A DNA stretch of 64,000 nt from an uncultured Pseudomonadota bacterium (GCA_963847165.1 CAWJYY010000010.1:40634-104633), one strand, 5' to 3'. Counted from the first letter of the stretch, positions 21,280 through 30,819 are shown. Notes: generated from the letters alone by a model not told the origin. A program made the numbers and translations.

Positions 21280-21870
21280 TCAGGCGAATAGTCGCTGGAC
21301 TACGCTTCTCACCTCTTTGAAGTGAGCCTCAATCTGACTTGCCGGCGTGTGGCTCTGAATGCGTCCAAAGTGGCGATGATCCAGCACCGTCAGACCACAG
21401 ACCTCTGCAACGTGTTCGTCAAATAAGTGGCGGATCGCATCCCACGAGCCGTTTGTGCGCAACCACTCCGAAGGTGAGCCAGAGGAGCTGAAGGTGAGCA
21501 TGCCTCGGCCCAGGAGCAATCGCTTGCTGCCGCCGGGCGGCAGAGATTGGTAGCCAAATCCCGTCCCAAACACACGCTGCACGTAGCCCGTGATTGCAGC
21601 GGGAGGAACGTTGAACCAAAGCGGGTAGGCGAAGACGAAGGTGTCCACATCGGCGATGAGATCGCGTTCCTCCTTCACATCAGCGCCCGGCGTAAAGCCC
21701 GCGGAGCGAGGAATTTCCTCACTCCGCAATCGCGGATCAAACCCCAAGTGGTAAAGATCACGTAAGATCACATCATGCCCCAGCGCTCGAATAGCTTCGC
21801 TACACACGCGGGCCACTGCGTGAGTAAAGCTCTCGGCATTTGGGTGAGCGACGATGATGGCGTGCTTCAT
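21280..21870 (-). CDS. NAD(P)H-dependent oxidoreductase, paralog of 14012-14608
   Basis: MKHAIIVAHP..SFT, YPLWFNVPPA. Confidence 0.9.
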   Translation of the reverse strand: MKHAIIVAHPNAESFTHAVARVCSEAIRALGHDVILRDLYHLGFDPRLRSEEIPRSAGFTPGADVKEERDLIADVDTFVFAYPLWFNVPPAAITGYVQRVFGTGFGYQSLPPGGSKRLLLGRGMLTFSSSGSPSEWLRTNGSWDAIRHLFDEHVAEVCGLTVLDHRHFGRIQSHTPASQIEAHFKEVRSVVQRLFA

Positions 21871-21920
21871 GAGCTACTTCCGCGACACCGGCATTATCAG
21901 TCCAACCCCAATGTATGGCT

Positions 21921-21934
21921 TTGATTTCCCTCAA
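21921..21934. promoter_or_regulatory. FNR/FixK-type box
   Basis: TTGA-TTTCCC-TCAA, 51-64 bp upstream of the oxidoreductase ATG. Confidence 0.7.
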
Positions 21935-22259
21935 TCAGGGTCTTTCGCGCGCACAGACAAAGACCGGCGGATCTCGCCGGCGCCAGCCGCTCGATGGCGA
22001 CGAGGCGTCGTCTAACGGCGGCCAGTGTTCGTCCTTTTGCACAGCTTCGATTTTCGCGACGGACGCGCCATTGAAGCGACTATGCCGAGCGACGGATTAC
22101 GCGGCCTATGACCTGGTCTGTTATTTGTTCCCCGCTTAGTGCGTTATCGCACAGACTCGCACTTTGGGACGGCAATAACGTCGATGACGCCGGCAGGTTT
22201 GAGCAAGTGACCGGCTACAAGAGAGTGTAAGCCTTGAGTTTGGTGGGGAGGAGCGTGCG

Positions 22260-22604
22260 ATGCCGTCACCGGCGCCCAATTGTCCAGTCCGGCAGACGCT
22301 AACGCTCTGCAGAATGTGCGGTCAAATCTTCGACGCCGATCACAAGTCAGAGGTGGTGCATCACCGGCACGGGGATGGCGGTGAGACGCCGCTGCCTCCC
22401 GACACCCGCGCAAGCGTCGCCATTCCACCGTCAAGCGAGCGCGAGAGCATAGCGTGCGCGGCGCCGCACATGAGCTACGGACCGTTGCCCGCCTCCCGCA
22501 CGGCGTACGCTCCCACTTTGCGCTTGGAGTCACTGCGCTTGGAGACATTTGCCCTGCGCCAACCAAGCAGACTGAGGAATGTCCCCTGCGGAGAGGCAAC
22601 ATGA
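22260..22604 (+). CDS. Small hypothetical protein with CxxC...HHxH motif
   Basis: Strong RBS ggaggag; CRMCGQIFD..HHRH. Confidence 0.4.
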   Translation: MPSPAPNCPVRQTLTLCRMCGQIFDADHKSEVVHHRHGDGGETPLPPDTRASVAIPPSSERESIACAAPHMSYGPLPASRTAYAPTLRLESLRLETFALRQPSRLRNVPCGEAT

Positions 22605-22780
22605 ACAGCCCAGGCCAAATTCTGGACCTCAACATCGCCCGCTATCGAGCGCTCATACTTGCGGAAAAAGAGCCCCAGGTGCTGCAGGCCTTGCGGGACG
22701 CTTTGGATCGCGACCTCGAACGAAAGAAACAGCTTCGCAACAGCAAGACTGACGACACGCCATCCCGCTACGAGGTTTGA
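22601..22780 (+). CDS. Small helical hypothetical protein (59 aa)
   Basis: RBS, ATGA overlap; LNIARYRALI..E. Confidence 0.45.
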   Translation: MNSPGQILDLNIARYRALILAEKEPQVLQALRDALDRDLERKKQLRNSKTDDTPSRYEV

Positions 22781-22858
22781 CGCACCTGAAAGTTGAATGC
22801 CAGTCGGCCTGGCCCGCCGCCCGGCGCTAAGCGTCTCCGAGCAGAAACCCCGGCAAAT

Positions 22859-22872
22859 TTGATCGGCATCAA
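22859..22872. promoter_or_regulatory. Perfect FNR/FixK box
   Basis: TTGAT-CGGC-ATCAA about 105 bp upstream of the RcnB-like gene. Confidence 0.7.
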
Positions 22873-22977
22873 TCGCGTCGGTTTTGCGCCGACTAGCTTG
22901 GTCCGGTTGCGGACGGTGCGCCCTCGCTTAAGGACGCGTTCGGTATTCCCGGGCGGGATTGGAAAGTGAGCAGAACA

Positions 22978-23880
22978 ATGAGAGCCATCACGCCTATTAT
23001 TCTGGCGCTGACGCTGACAGGCGCCGGCGTTGCGTTTGCCCAGCCGGGCCATTCGGGCTCCGCCCCAGCCTGTGGGCACCCAGGGCAGCCAGCTTGCACT
23101 CAGCAGGACAACCAGGGGCAACACGGCAACCAAGGTCAGCACGGCAATCAAGGCAACCAAGGCAACCAGGGCAACCAAGGCCAGCAAGGCCAAAACCAAG
23201 TCGGCCCAGCGCCAAATGCCCCCCGATGGTCACGCGGCGATCGTTTGCCTGACCAATATCGCCAAACCCAAAACGTGGTCACCGATTGGCGCACGCACAA
23301 TCTTTCGCCGCCGCCACGCGGCTATCGCTGGTCGTGTGACAATCGCGGCAATTGTTTTCTTGCGCGCACCACGACCGGCGTCATTCGCGAAACCCGCTGG
23401 CAGGATGATCGCGACGCCTATTGGCGCGGGAGCTATTCGCGCACCTACACCTACAATGATGACATCTATTATCGCGAATGCCGGAGCCGTCCTGATCCGG
23501 CCGGCATCTTAATCGGCGGGCTCATCGGCGGTTTGATTGGCAACGCGGCCGGTAATCACTCTTCCGGCGCCGCCATCGCCGGCATCATCATTGGCGGCGC
23601 GGCAGGCGCGGCGCTGACCAGCAACATGGATTGCAACGACCGCGACTATGCCTATCGCGCTTACTACGACGGGCTTAATTCTGGTCGAGCCGGCATCGTT
23701 CGCCGCTGGCGCAATCCCAGCAACAATCACCACGGCGATTTCCTGGTGCGAAGCTATTACTTCGACCGGCACGGCTTTCAGTGCGCCAATTATCGCCACA
23801 CGGCCTATCTCGACCGTCAGCGGCGGGCCGATGGCCGCGCCTGCCGTCAGCCAGATGGCGCGTGGGCGTTCTTGAACTGA
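22978..23880 (+). CDS. Secreted RcnB-domain / glycine-zipper / 17-kDa surface antigen-like protein
   Basis: Signal peptide; WSRGDRLP..DWRTHNLSPPPRGYRW; GGLIGGLIG..GGAAGA; WRNP..C..GRACRQPDGAW. Confidence 0.8.
   Translation: MRAITPIILALTLTGAGVAFAQPGHSGSAPACGHPGQPACTQQDNQGQHGNQGQHGNQGNQGNQGNQGQQGQNQVGPAPNAPRWSRGDRLPDQYRQTQNVVTDWRTHNLSPPPRGYRWSCDNRGNCFLARTTTGVIRETRWQDDRDAYWRGSYSRTYTYNDDIYYRECRSRPDPAGILIGGLIGGLIGNAAGNHSSGAAIAGIIIGGAAGAALTSNMDCNDRDYAYRAYYDGLNSGRAGIVRRWRNPSNNHHGDFLVRSYYFDRHGFQCANYRHTAYLDRQRRADGRACRQPDGAWAFLN
23110..23199 (+). repeat. Degenerate 9/18-bp tandem repeat encoding NQG/QHG units
   Basis: caaggcaac-type units; NQGQHGNQGQHGNQGNQGNQGNQGQQGQNQ. Confidence 0.85.
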
Positions 23881-24046
23881 GCACGTTCGAATTGCGCGGC
23901 GCGCCGGTAGAGGCCGCCGCGCAAGTGTGGCGGGATGGGCGGCGCCGGGCCCAGCGCCAATCTTGTTAGATCAAGCCATCAAGCGGCCGCTTGCGGCATG
24001 AGGGTCGTGTCCGCCGACCAGGATTCGCCGGAAACGGTCGGAATGC

Positions 24047-24060
24047 TTGCTTGAAATCAA
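24047..24060. promoter_or_regulatory. FNR/FixK-type box
   Basis: TTGC-TTGAAA-TCAA about 36 bp upstream of ATG 24096. Confidence 0.5.
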
Positions 24061-24095
24061 ACCACTCCCCCAGGATCCGTTCCAATTGTTGGCGC

Positions 24096-24587
24096 ATGGC
24101 CGCCCCGTTTCGTGACCCCGCGGAGAACGACGGCTTCCTTCGCCACTTCTATCGCGACTGGCGCCCAACGCGTTTGGCAAGGATCCACAATGCGGTTTGG
24201 GCATGGGCGTCAGGCCTCGGTCTGCTTCCTCCCATCGTGCTCACGCTCCAAACACGCAACCGCGACAGCGGCGCACTCGTCTCAACGGTGCTCGCGCCCG
24301 TCGATCACAACGGTCATCGCTATCTCGTCTCCATGCTCGGCCACGGCTCGCATTGGGTGCAGAATGCGCGCGCGGCAGGCGGCGAAGCCTTCATCAAACG
24401 CGGGCAGACGCGCCGCGTCGTGCTCGTCGAGATTCCAATCGCTGAACGCGCGCCGATCCTAAAAGCATGGTGCCAAGTGGCGACGAGCGGCCGGCGTCAC
24501 CTGCCTGTGCGGTACGATGCGCCGATCACCGCATTCGAGGCGATCGCTCGAAGTTATCCCGTGTTTCGTACCGATGCGGCGACCTAA
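24096..24587 (+). CDS. Deazaflavin-dependent nitroreductase (Ddn-like) family protein
   Basis: LTLQTRNRDSG, YLVSMLG..SHWVQNARAAG, YPVFR. Confidence 0.7.
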   Translation: MAAPFRDPAENDGFLRHFYRDWRPTRLARIHNAVWAWASGLGLLPPIVLTLQTRNRDSGALVSTVLAPVDHNGHRYLVSMLGHGSHWVQNARAAGGEAFIKRGQTRRVVLVEIPIAERAPILKAWCQVATSGRRHLPVRYDAPITAFEAIARSYPVFRTDAAT

Positions 24588-25012
24588 CCACGACCGGCGT
24601 AATGCGGCGTGGAGCCGTCCGCGAACAATTTCTTGCCGCCGCCGAGCGCAACTGGGACCGTGAAGATGCTCATTGCGTCGACCAGATCGTCGGCCAGCAA
24701 CGCATGAGTCGCCGAAATGCGACATCGCCTGGTGCGCCGGAGCTGGGCGACGCCCAGCGCCGCCGATGTTGCGCTCAGGAAACGGCGCTTAGCGTCCTCG
24801 GTCATGCGACTGACGCACCAGCGGGCGTACCTATGGGCGAATGGCGCGCTCATAGCGAGCGCCTGGCTTGCGAGCGAATGCAGACCAAACCGGCTAACCA
24901 CCTCAGGGGTACGCAGTCGACCCTCGTAGTCACGCTTACCGAGCGGGACGCCTCGTGATCGAAGGATGTCGTACGCGGTGACAGCGTGGAAATGGAAGTT
25001 TGGCAGAAATCG
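24584..25012 (-). pseudogene. Joined remnants: DUF1993-like C-terminus and RibD-C/DHFR-like fragment
   Basis: LPNFHFHAVTAYDILRSRGVPLGKRDY then, in the same frame, HALLADDLVDAMSIFTVPVALGGGKKLF; no start codon. Confidence 0.6.
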
Positions 25013-25061
25013 CTAGCGGCTAGAACTCGCCGAATTCGGTCTTCCGGGTTAGTTCGTTCGC

Positions 25062-26470
25062 CTAAAGCCAGCCCCTACGTCGCTCGAGCGGCGCAACCGG
25101 CGCGTCTTCGGCCATGCCGGTCGGCGTCTCGCGGATTTTCTGCTCGATCTGGGGTTCTGAGAATTCGGCTCGCACGCTCACGCTCGCTGCGTCTGCAATG
25201 TCCCTCAGGAAAGGCAAGAGTTCAGCGTCATAGAAGGAGAGATACTCGGCCTCGACCTGGGCGCGCGCACGTGCGATCTGGCTCTTGCACGCCGTAATGT
25301 TGCCAGTGGCGCGCGCGATTGCGTCGGAGAGGCCCTCCAAACTCTCGGCCCTGCTGGACGGGGCGGCGTCGTCGACGAAATAGGCGAGCTCGCGCGTTGC
25401 GCGCCCCTTTTTTCGATCAGCGCCGCGGTAGAGTTCGATGGCGTCGCCGCCGTCCGACGGGACTTGCGGAATTGCAGAATCCCAAATTGCTGCGTCGGCT
25501 TGAGTGCGCGCGATGGCTTGGCGGAGCGCACCGCCATGCTGCTGGCTCTTGACGGCGATCTCGCCCAACTCGTCGGCCGCGAGATCCTTGGCCTGGTCGA
25601 TCTCACTCGATAGGCCAAGCGCGAGTTCGTGCGCCCGTTCGCGCGCTTCCTCGAGACGCCGATGGCGGGGTCCATAGCCCGGATACGGGTCATCCCAATG
25701 CGCGCCGCGCGCAATCGAGAAAATGCCGATTAGCAACGCGATGATGAACAGCAAGAGCAATTCAAGCTGCTCAAATGGCTGGAATGGCCGACTAAGGATC
25801 GAGGTCAGGATGTTATCAGGCACGGGCGCATCGAGCGCACTGTGGGACAGCGCGTAACGATAATGCGCGATGTAGAATGCGAAGAGCAAAAGCAGGCCGC
25901 CGCCGAGGACGAGCGACGGGACCGCCCAAAGGCTGTGCAGTCGCCCTGTCCAGTTCGCCCCGCGATAATTGAGGTAGCGCCACGGCCCCGCGCCGAGGAG
26001 AAAGCCCGTGAGGACGACCAGCACCGAGATCATCAGCGCGGTGGCCCATCCCTGCAACAGCCCGCCCACGCTGGCTTGGCCGATAATCCAGCCATTCGCA
26101 GCCACCTCGACTGTGCCCAGAAGGGCCAGCCAAAACACTTTTCGCCAAAACACATCGTCGTAACTCGGCTCGGTTTCGGTCAGCCGGTGGCGAATGCGGA
26201 ACGCCCGATAGTCGCGATAGGCGCGGGCGAAATCGGCTTGCGCGTTGTTCAGTTCGAGCTCAACAGCGCTCTGCGCGCGCGCTTTTCTGGCCCGGAACTG
26301 CGTCAGCACTGTCTGCGGCTCTTCCGCAAGCGCTTCCGTATCTTGCGCCAGGGTAGTGAAGTCGCGGCCCGAACTCGCGCCCGAAATCTCGTTCTTGCGC
26401 CCGCCGGCTGCGCCGCGGTCACCAAGCTTGAACGCGCTATCGCGTTGATCTGCAGTCAGAATTGAAATGT
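25062..26470 (-). CDS. Hypothetical 4-TM protein with coiled coils, apparently 5'-truncated
   Basis: Four hydrophobic segments, DDPYPGYG motif, helical flanks; frame stays open upstream of 26309 without a start codon. Confidence 0.55.
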
Positions 26471-27357
26471 GGAGCCCTCCACCGGTTATTTGACCGGAGT
26501 CGCAGCAGCGGATGCAACAACGGCCACATGAGCCTGGCGTAGCTATACAGTCGATAAGGCAATTTCGCGGCGCAGCTGTCGCCGGAGCGTTCTCAGAAAC
26601 GACATGCTAAAGCGGCCATGGCTTCCGGCGATTTCGGGCAGCACGGCGTGAGGCTTTGCGAACGCGGATGCATTCTGCGGAGGGCGCGATTGCGGCCCAT
26701 TCGTGACTTCAATCCCATGATGTGGACGGCGCTTCGCTGGCAAGGAAAATCACTGATCAAGTCCGGCGGTCGGAGCGCCCATGTGTCCGGCCTATTTGCG
26801 CGGCGCGAGCGCCGCTGGCCATCATGCTATCCGCGGACCAGATCCCGATCAAAAGCACGCGCTTAAGTGCGCTGTGGGATTGTTGGGTTCGCCGGGTTCC
26901 AGGTTCGACCGGTCTACATGATTTCGTGATTGCCCTTTCCAACCTCGTTATGCGCGCCCCACTCAAACGCCTATGCAGGCCGAAGGCATGGCGCTGGTGC
27001 TGGCTGCCGCCGGACTGCCCATTCACCTTGTGATGCGTTCGACGCAGCGCAAGCCAGCCCGCCACATAAGGTCCGCCACCAATCGCTCGTCAGAGTCGCC
27101 GTCTGGTTACGCCCGAACACGTAGTCCGATGGATTGACCGTTGCGCCATTGGCGAGGGTGATGGTGTCATGAATTCTGCAAGGTCTGCTTCGCGCTTACC
27201 GGTCCGGAAAGGGGAAGTCTCGCCCCGAAGCGGGCCGCCGAGGCTGACCGCAGGGGCTCCCTTTCCCAGGCGCCGATGGCCGATTGAGACCGGAACGGTC
27301 GACGATCCAACGGCGTCTGCGTGCTGCCTATGGAGTGTCTGCGGCGCCCGTTCCAAG

Positions 27358-28656
27358 TGAGCGGCCCGAGAGAGAGGTGACATTCCGTACCGGAGAGATG
27401 GGTAACACTTTTCGCCCCCTGGGCGGAGAGCGTCATGCCGTGGAAAGCGAGTACGGTGGTGGAGGAGCGTCTGAAGTTCGTGGTTCGCCTGATTGACGGC
27501 GAGCCGATGAGCGATCTGTGTAGGGAGTTCGGTATCTCCCGTAAGACTGGCTATAAAATCTTCAATCGATACAAAGCTGACGGCGCTGGCGCGTTCAGCG
27601 ATCGGTCGCACCGACCGGTGCGCTTCGCCAACCAATTGCCGCCCCAGGTTGAGAGCCTGATCGTGCGCTTCAAGCGTGAGAAGCCCCATTGGGGCGCACG
27701 CAAGATCCGCGAGCTGCTGGTGCGCCGCTTGCCGGGCGACGTCCGCGTTCCGGCCAAAAGCACCATCCACGTGGTTCTCGATCGTCATGGCTTGGTCGCC
27801 ACGGGACGGCGGCGTCGCCAGCGCGCCAACGGCACGCCGCTGTCTTTAGGCGCCAGTCCCAACGATTTGTGGTGCGTCGACTATAAGGGTGAATTCAAAT
27901 TGGGAGACGGGCGCTATTGCTACCCGCTCACCGTCACCGACCACGCATCGCGGTTTCTGCTGCTCTGTGAAGCCAAAGAATCTGTCCGAGAAGACCTGAC
28001 TTTGCCAGCTTTCGAGCGGCTTTTTCGCGAAAGAGGCCTGCCATCGGCCATTCGCTCCGACAATGGCGTTCCGTTCGCCAGCCCAAACGGCTTGTTTAAT
28101 CTATCTAAGCTTGCTGTGTGGTGGTTGAGGCTCGGAATCGAGATTGAGCGCATCAAGCCAGGACATCCCCAGCAAAATGGCCGCCATGAGCGCATGCATC
28201 GCACGCTCAAAGCTGAAGCCACACGCCCGCCGGGCATGAACTTTCTTCAGCAACAGGCCCGCTTCGACGATTTTGTCGCTGAGTTCAATACCGAAAGGCC
28301 CCACCAAGCTATCGGCATGAAACTGCCTGCCGATCTCTATCGATCCTCAGCCAGGATTTATGATGGGCTGCCCGACATCGAGTATCCGATGCACGACCGC
28401 GACGCCCTCGTCACCGTCTGCGGCCGCATCTGCATGCACCAAAAGAAAATCAATATTTCGTCCTCGTTAGCCGGCCAGAAGCTCGGCATAAAGGAGGTCG
28501 ATGACGGCATTTGGCTCGTCAGCTTTATGCACTACGACTTGGGATACGTCGATTTGGAGCAAAAATCCTTGCAGCCTTTAGACAACCCGTTCGGCGCGAG
28601 GTTGTTGTAACCTATCTCTCCGGTACGTTTCGTTACCCATCAGTCCGGGCCGTACA
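27358..28656 (+). mobile_element. IS481-family insertion sequence
   Basis: About 50-bp imperfect terminal inverted repeats sharing cggccc and cgtaccggagagat; possible 3-bp aag flanking duplication. Confidence 0.88.
27435..28610 (+). CDS. IS481-family DDE transposase, intact
   Basis: MPWK start, HTH, WCVDYKG, SDNGVPF, QNGRHERMHRTLK, FNTERPH. Confidence 0.95.
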   Translation: MPWKASTVVEERLKFVVRLIDGEPMSDLCREFGISRKTGYKIFNRYKADGAGAFSDRSHRPVRFANQLPPQVESLIVRFKREKPHWGARKIRELLVRRLPGDVRVPAKSTIHVVLDRHGLVATGRRRRQRANGTPLSLGASPNDLWCVDYKGEFKLGDGRYCYPLTVTDHASRFLLLCEAKESVREDLTLPAFERLFRERGLPSAIRSDNGVPFASPNGLFNLSKLAVWWLRLGIEIERIKPGHPQQNGRHERMHRTLKAEATRPPGMNFLQQQARFDDFVAEFNTERPHQAIGMKLPADLYRSSARIYDGLPDIEYPMHDRDALVTVCGRICMHQKKINISSSLAGQKLGIKEVDDGIWLVSFMHYDLGYVDLEQKSLQPLDNPFGARLL

Positions 28657-28666
28657 AAGGGAAGAC

Positions 28667-28743
28667 TGGCGCGCCCGGAGAGATTCGAACTCCCGACCCC
28701 CAGATTCGTAGTCTGGTGCTCTATCCAGCTGAGCTACGGGCGC
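28667..28743 (-). tRNA. tRNA-Arg(ACG)
   Basis: GCGCCCGTAGCTCAGCTGGATAGAGCACCAGACT-ACG-AATCTGGGGGTCGGGAGTTCGAATCTCTCCGGGCGCGCCA, 77 nt with CCA. Confidence 0.97.
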
Positions 28744-28836
28744 GAGGGGGCGGTGCATAACGCCCGCCCCGCGTCCTGGCAAGCGGCGGCCTACTCTTAA
28801 CCCCTCGCATACGCGACGCGGTGCAGAGGCCGATGC

Positions 28837-30807
28837 ATGGCGAACGCCAAATGCAAGACCGCCGGCTGCAAAACCGAAGCCGGCTCGGCTAACGCACCGA
28901 TGAGCACTCTGGCGGCGCTGGCCGCGACGACCGTCGGCGCCGAAATCGCCATCGTCTCGCAGCGGGATGGGTCCGCTTACCGGTGCGCTGCGCGCTTCGG
29001 CTTGGAGGCGCATAAAATCGAATGCGAAACGTTTTGCCGCCCGATGGCGGACGATCCCGCCCCGCTGGTGACAACCGACGCGCGCGGCGAGGCCCGGCTC
29101 GCCTGCCACGCCAATGTCATGGGCGCGCCGTTCGTGCAGGCGAGCCTCAGCGTGCCGGTGCTGGACGCATCGCAAGCGACAATCGGCGCGATCTGCGTGA
29201 TGGCGATGGCGCCGCGCGCATGGAGCGAAGCCGACATCGCCGCGCTCACCCAGATCGCTTCGATCGCTTCGGCGTTGATTCATGGCGCCGCCATCGCCAG
29301 CGCCATGGACACCGCCCACGACGGTATCGGCATTACCGACGCCAACGGCTTCTTCACCTACATGAACCACGCGCACGTGCTGCAGTTCGGCTATGACGAC
29401 GCCTCCGAACTGCTCGGCAAATCCTGGAGCGTGCTCTACGAACCGGCGCAGGCCGAGCGGGTCGCGGCCGCCGCACTGCCGATGATTGCGCGCAATGGCG
29501 TCTGGACCGGCGAGGCGATTGGCCGCCGGCGCGACGGCGGCGCCCTCTTTCAAGAAATGACTTTGAGCGCGCTGGCGTCGGGGGGGACGATCTGTGCGAC
29601 CAGGGACATTTCCGAGCGCAAGCGGCTCGAAACGAAATCATTGCGCCTCGCCGAGATGCGGGCGAGGGCGGAAGCCGCGAGCGCGGCGAAGTCGGCCTTC
29701 CTGGCGCAGATGAGCCACGAAATCCGCACGCCGCTTAACGGCATTGTCGCCATGACCGGCGCATTGCGCGAAATGTCCCTTACCGATCAACAGCGCGAAA
29801 TCGTCTGCCTCATCGAGTCTTGCGGCGAGACCCTGGAACATCTGGTCTCCGACATTCTCGATCTCTCTCGCATCGAAGCCGGCAAAATCAAGTTCGAAGC
29901 GGCGCCGTTCGATTTGGTCAAGGCGGTGGAGGCGGCCGTGAACATCGCTGCGCCCTCCGCCGCGGAAAAGCAGTTGCGGCTGGAGACACGATTCCAAGCC
30001 GGCGCGTCCGGCGCCTTTGTCGGCGATGCGGTTCGCATCAAGCAGCTGATCGTCAATCTGGTGTCGAACGCGGTGAAGTTCACGCACGCAGGCGCGGTGC
30101 GCGTTCGCGTCAGTGCGCCAGAAGACTTGGCGATCGGCGCGTGCGGCGATGTCGCCATCGAGGTGACCGACACAGGCATCGGCTTTGATGGGCAAGACGC
30201 AGCACGCCTCTTCCGGCGCTTCGAACAGGGCGACGATTGCATCGCGCGCACCTATGGCGGCACTGGCTTGGGGCTGACGATCTGCCAGGGCCTGGCCGAG
30301 GGCATGGGCGGGACGATCCGCTGCACTTCGGCTGTCGGCGCGGGCTCCACGTTTACGGTGACGCTGCCGCTCAAGCGGGCGCGGCCGCTCTTGGCGCCGC
30401 AGGCCGCCGCCGAAAACAAAGCTCAGCGCGGCCTGCGTGTGCTGGTGGCCGAGGATCACGCCACCAACAGGCGCGTGGTGGAGATCATCCTCGCAACCGC
30501 GGGCGCCGAGCTGACCTTCGCCGCCAACGGCTTTGAAGCCGTGGAGGCGCGGCGACGCGGGGCTTTTGATCTCGTGCTCATGGATATGCTAATGCCGGTG
30601 ATGAGCGGGCTCGAAGCGATCGCGGCGATCCGTGCGCTGGAGAGCCGCGAGGGCTTGGCGCGCATTCCGATCGCGGTGCTCTCCGCCAATGTGATTGAGC
30701 ACCAGCGCCAACTGGCGTTACGCGCCGGCGCCGATCTCTATCTGGCCAAGCCGATCACGCCGGCGGCGCTGCTTGCCGGCGTCGAGACGGTCTGCGCGCC
30801 AACTTAA
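28837..30807 (+). CDS. Hybrid sensor histidine kinase (GAF-PAS-HisKA-HATPase-REC)
   Basis: MSHEIRTPLNG, NAVKFT, DTGIG, GGTGLGL, AEDH..LMDMLMP. Confidence 0.93.
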   Translation: MANAKCKTAGCKTEAGSANAPMSTLAALAATTVGAEIAIVSQRDGSAYRCAARFGLEAHKIECETFCRPMADDPAPLVTTDARGEARLACHANVMGAPFVQASLSVPVLDASQATIGAICVMAMAPRAWSEADIAALTQIASIASALIHGAAIASAMDTAHDGIGITDANGFFTYMNHAHVLQFGYDDASELLGKSWSVLYEPAQAERVAAAALPMIARNGVWTGEAIGRRRDGGALFQEMTLSALASGGTICATRDISERKRLETKSLRLAEMRARAEAASAAKSAFLAQMSHEIRTPLNGIVAMTGALREMSLTDQQREIVCLIESCGETLEHLVSDILDLSRIEAGKIKFEAAPFDLVKAVEAAVNIAAPSAAEKQLRLETRFQAGASGAFVGDAVRIKQLIVNLVSNAVKFTHAGAVRVRVSAPEDLAIGACGDVAIEVTDTGIGFDGQDAARLFRRFEQGDDCIARTYGGTGLGLTICQGLAEGMGGTIRCTSAVGAGSTFTVTLPLKRARPLLAPQAAAENKAQRGLRVLVAEDHATNRRVVEIILATAGAELTFAANGFEAVEARRRGAFDLVLMDMLMPVMSGLEAIAAIRALESREGLARIPIAVLSANVIEHQRQLALRAGADLYLAKPITPAALLAGVETVCAPT

Positions 30808-30819
30808 ACGCCGCCTGAG

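Noticed and set aside
23110-23199. Tandem repeat as a CRISPR array
   Set aside because: In-frame 9/18-bp coding units with no spacers and no cas genes.
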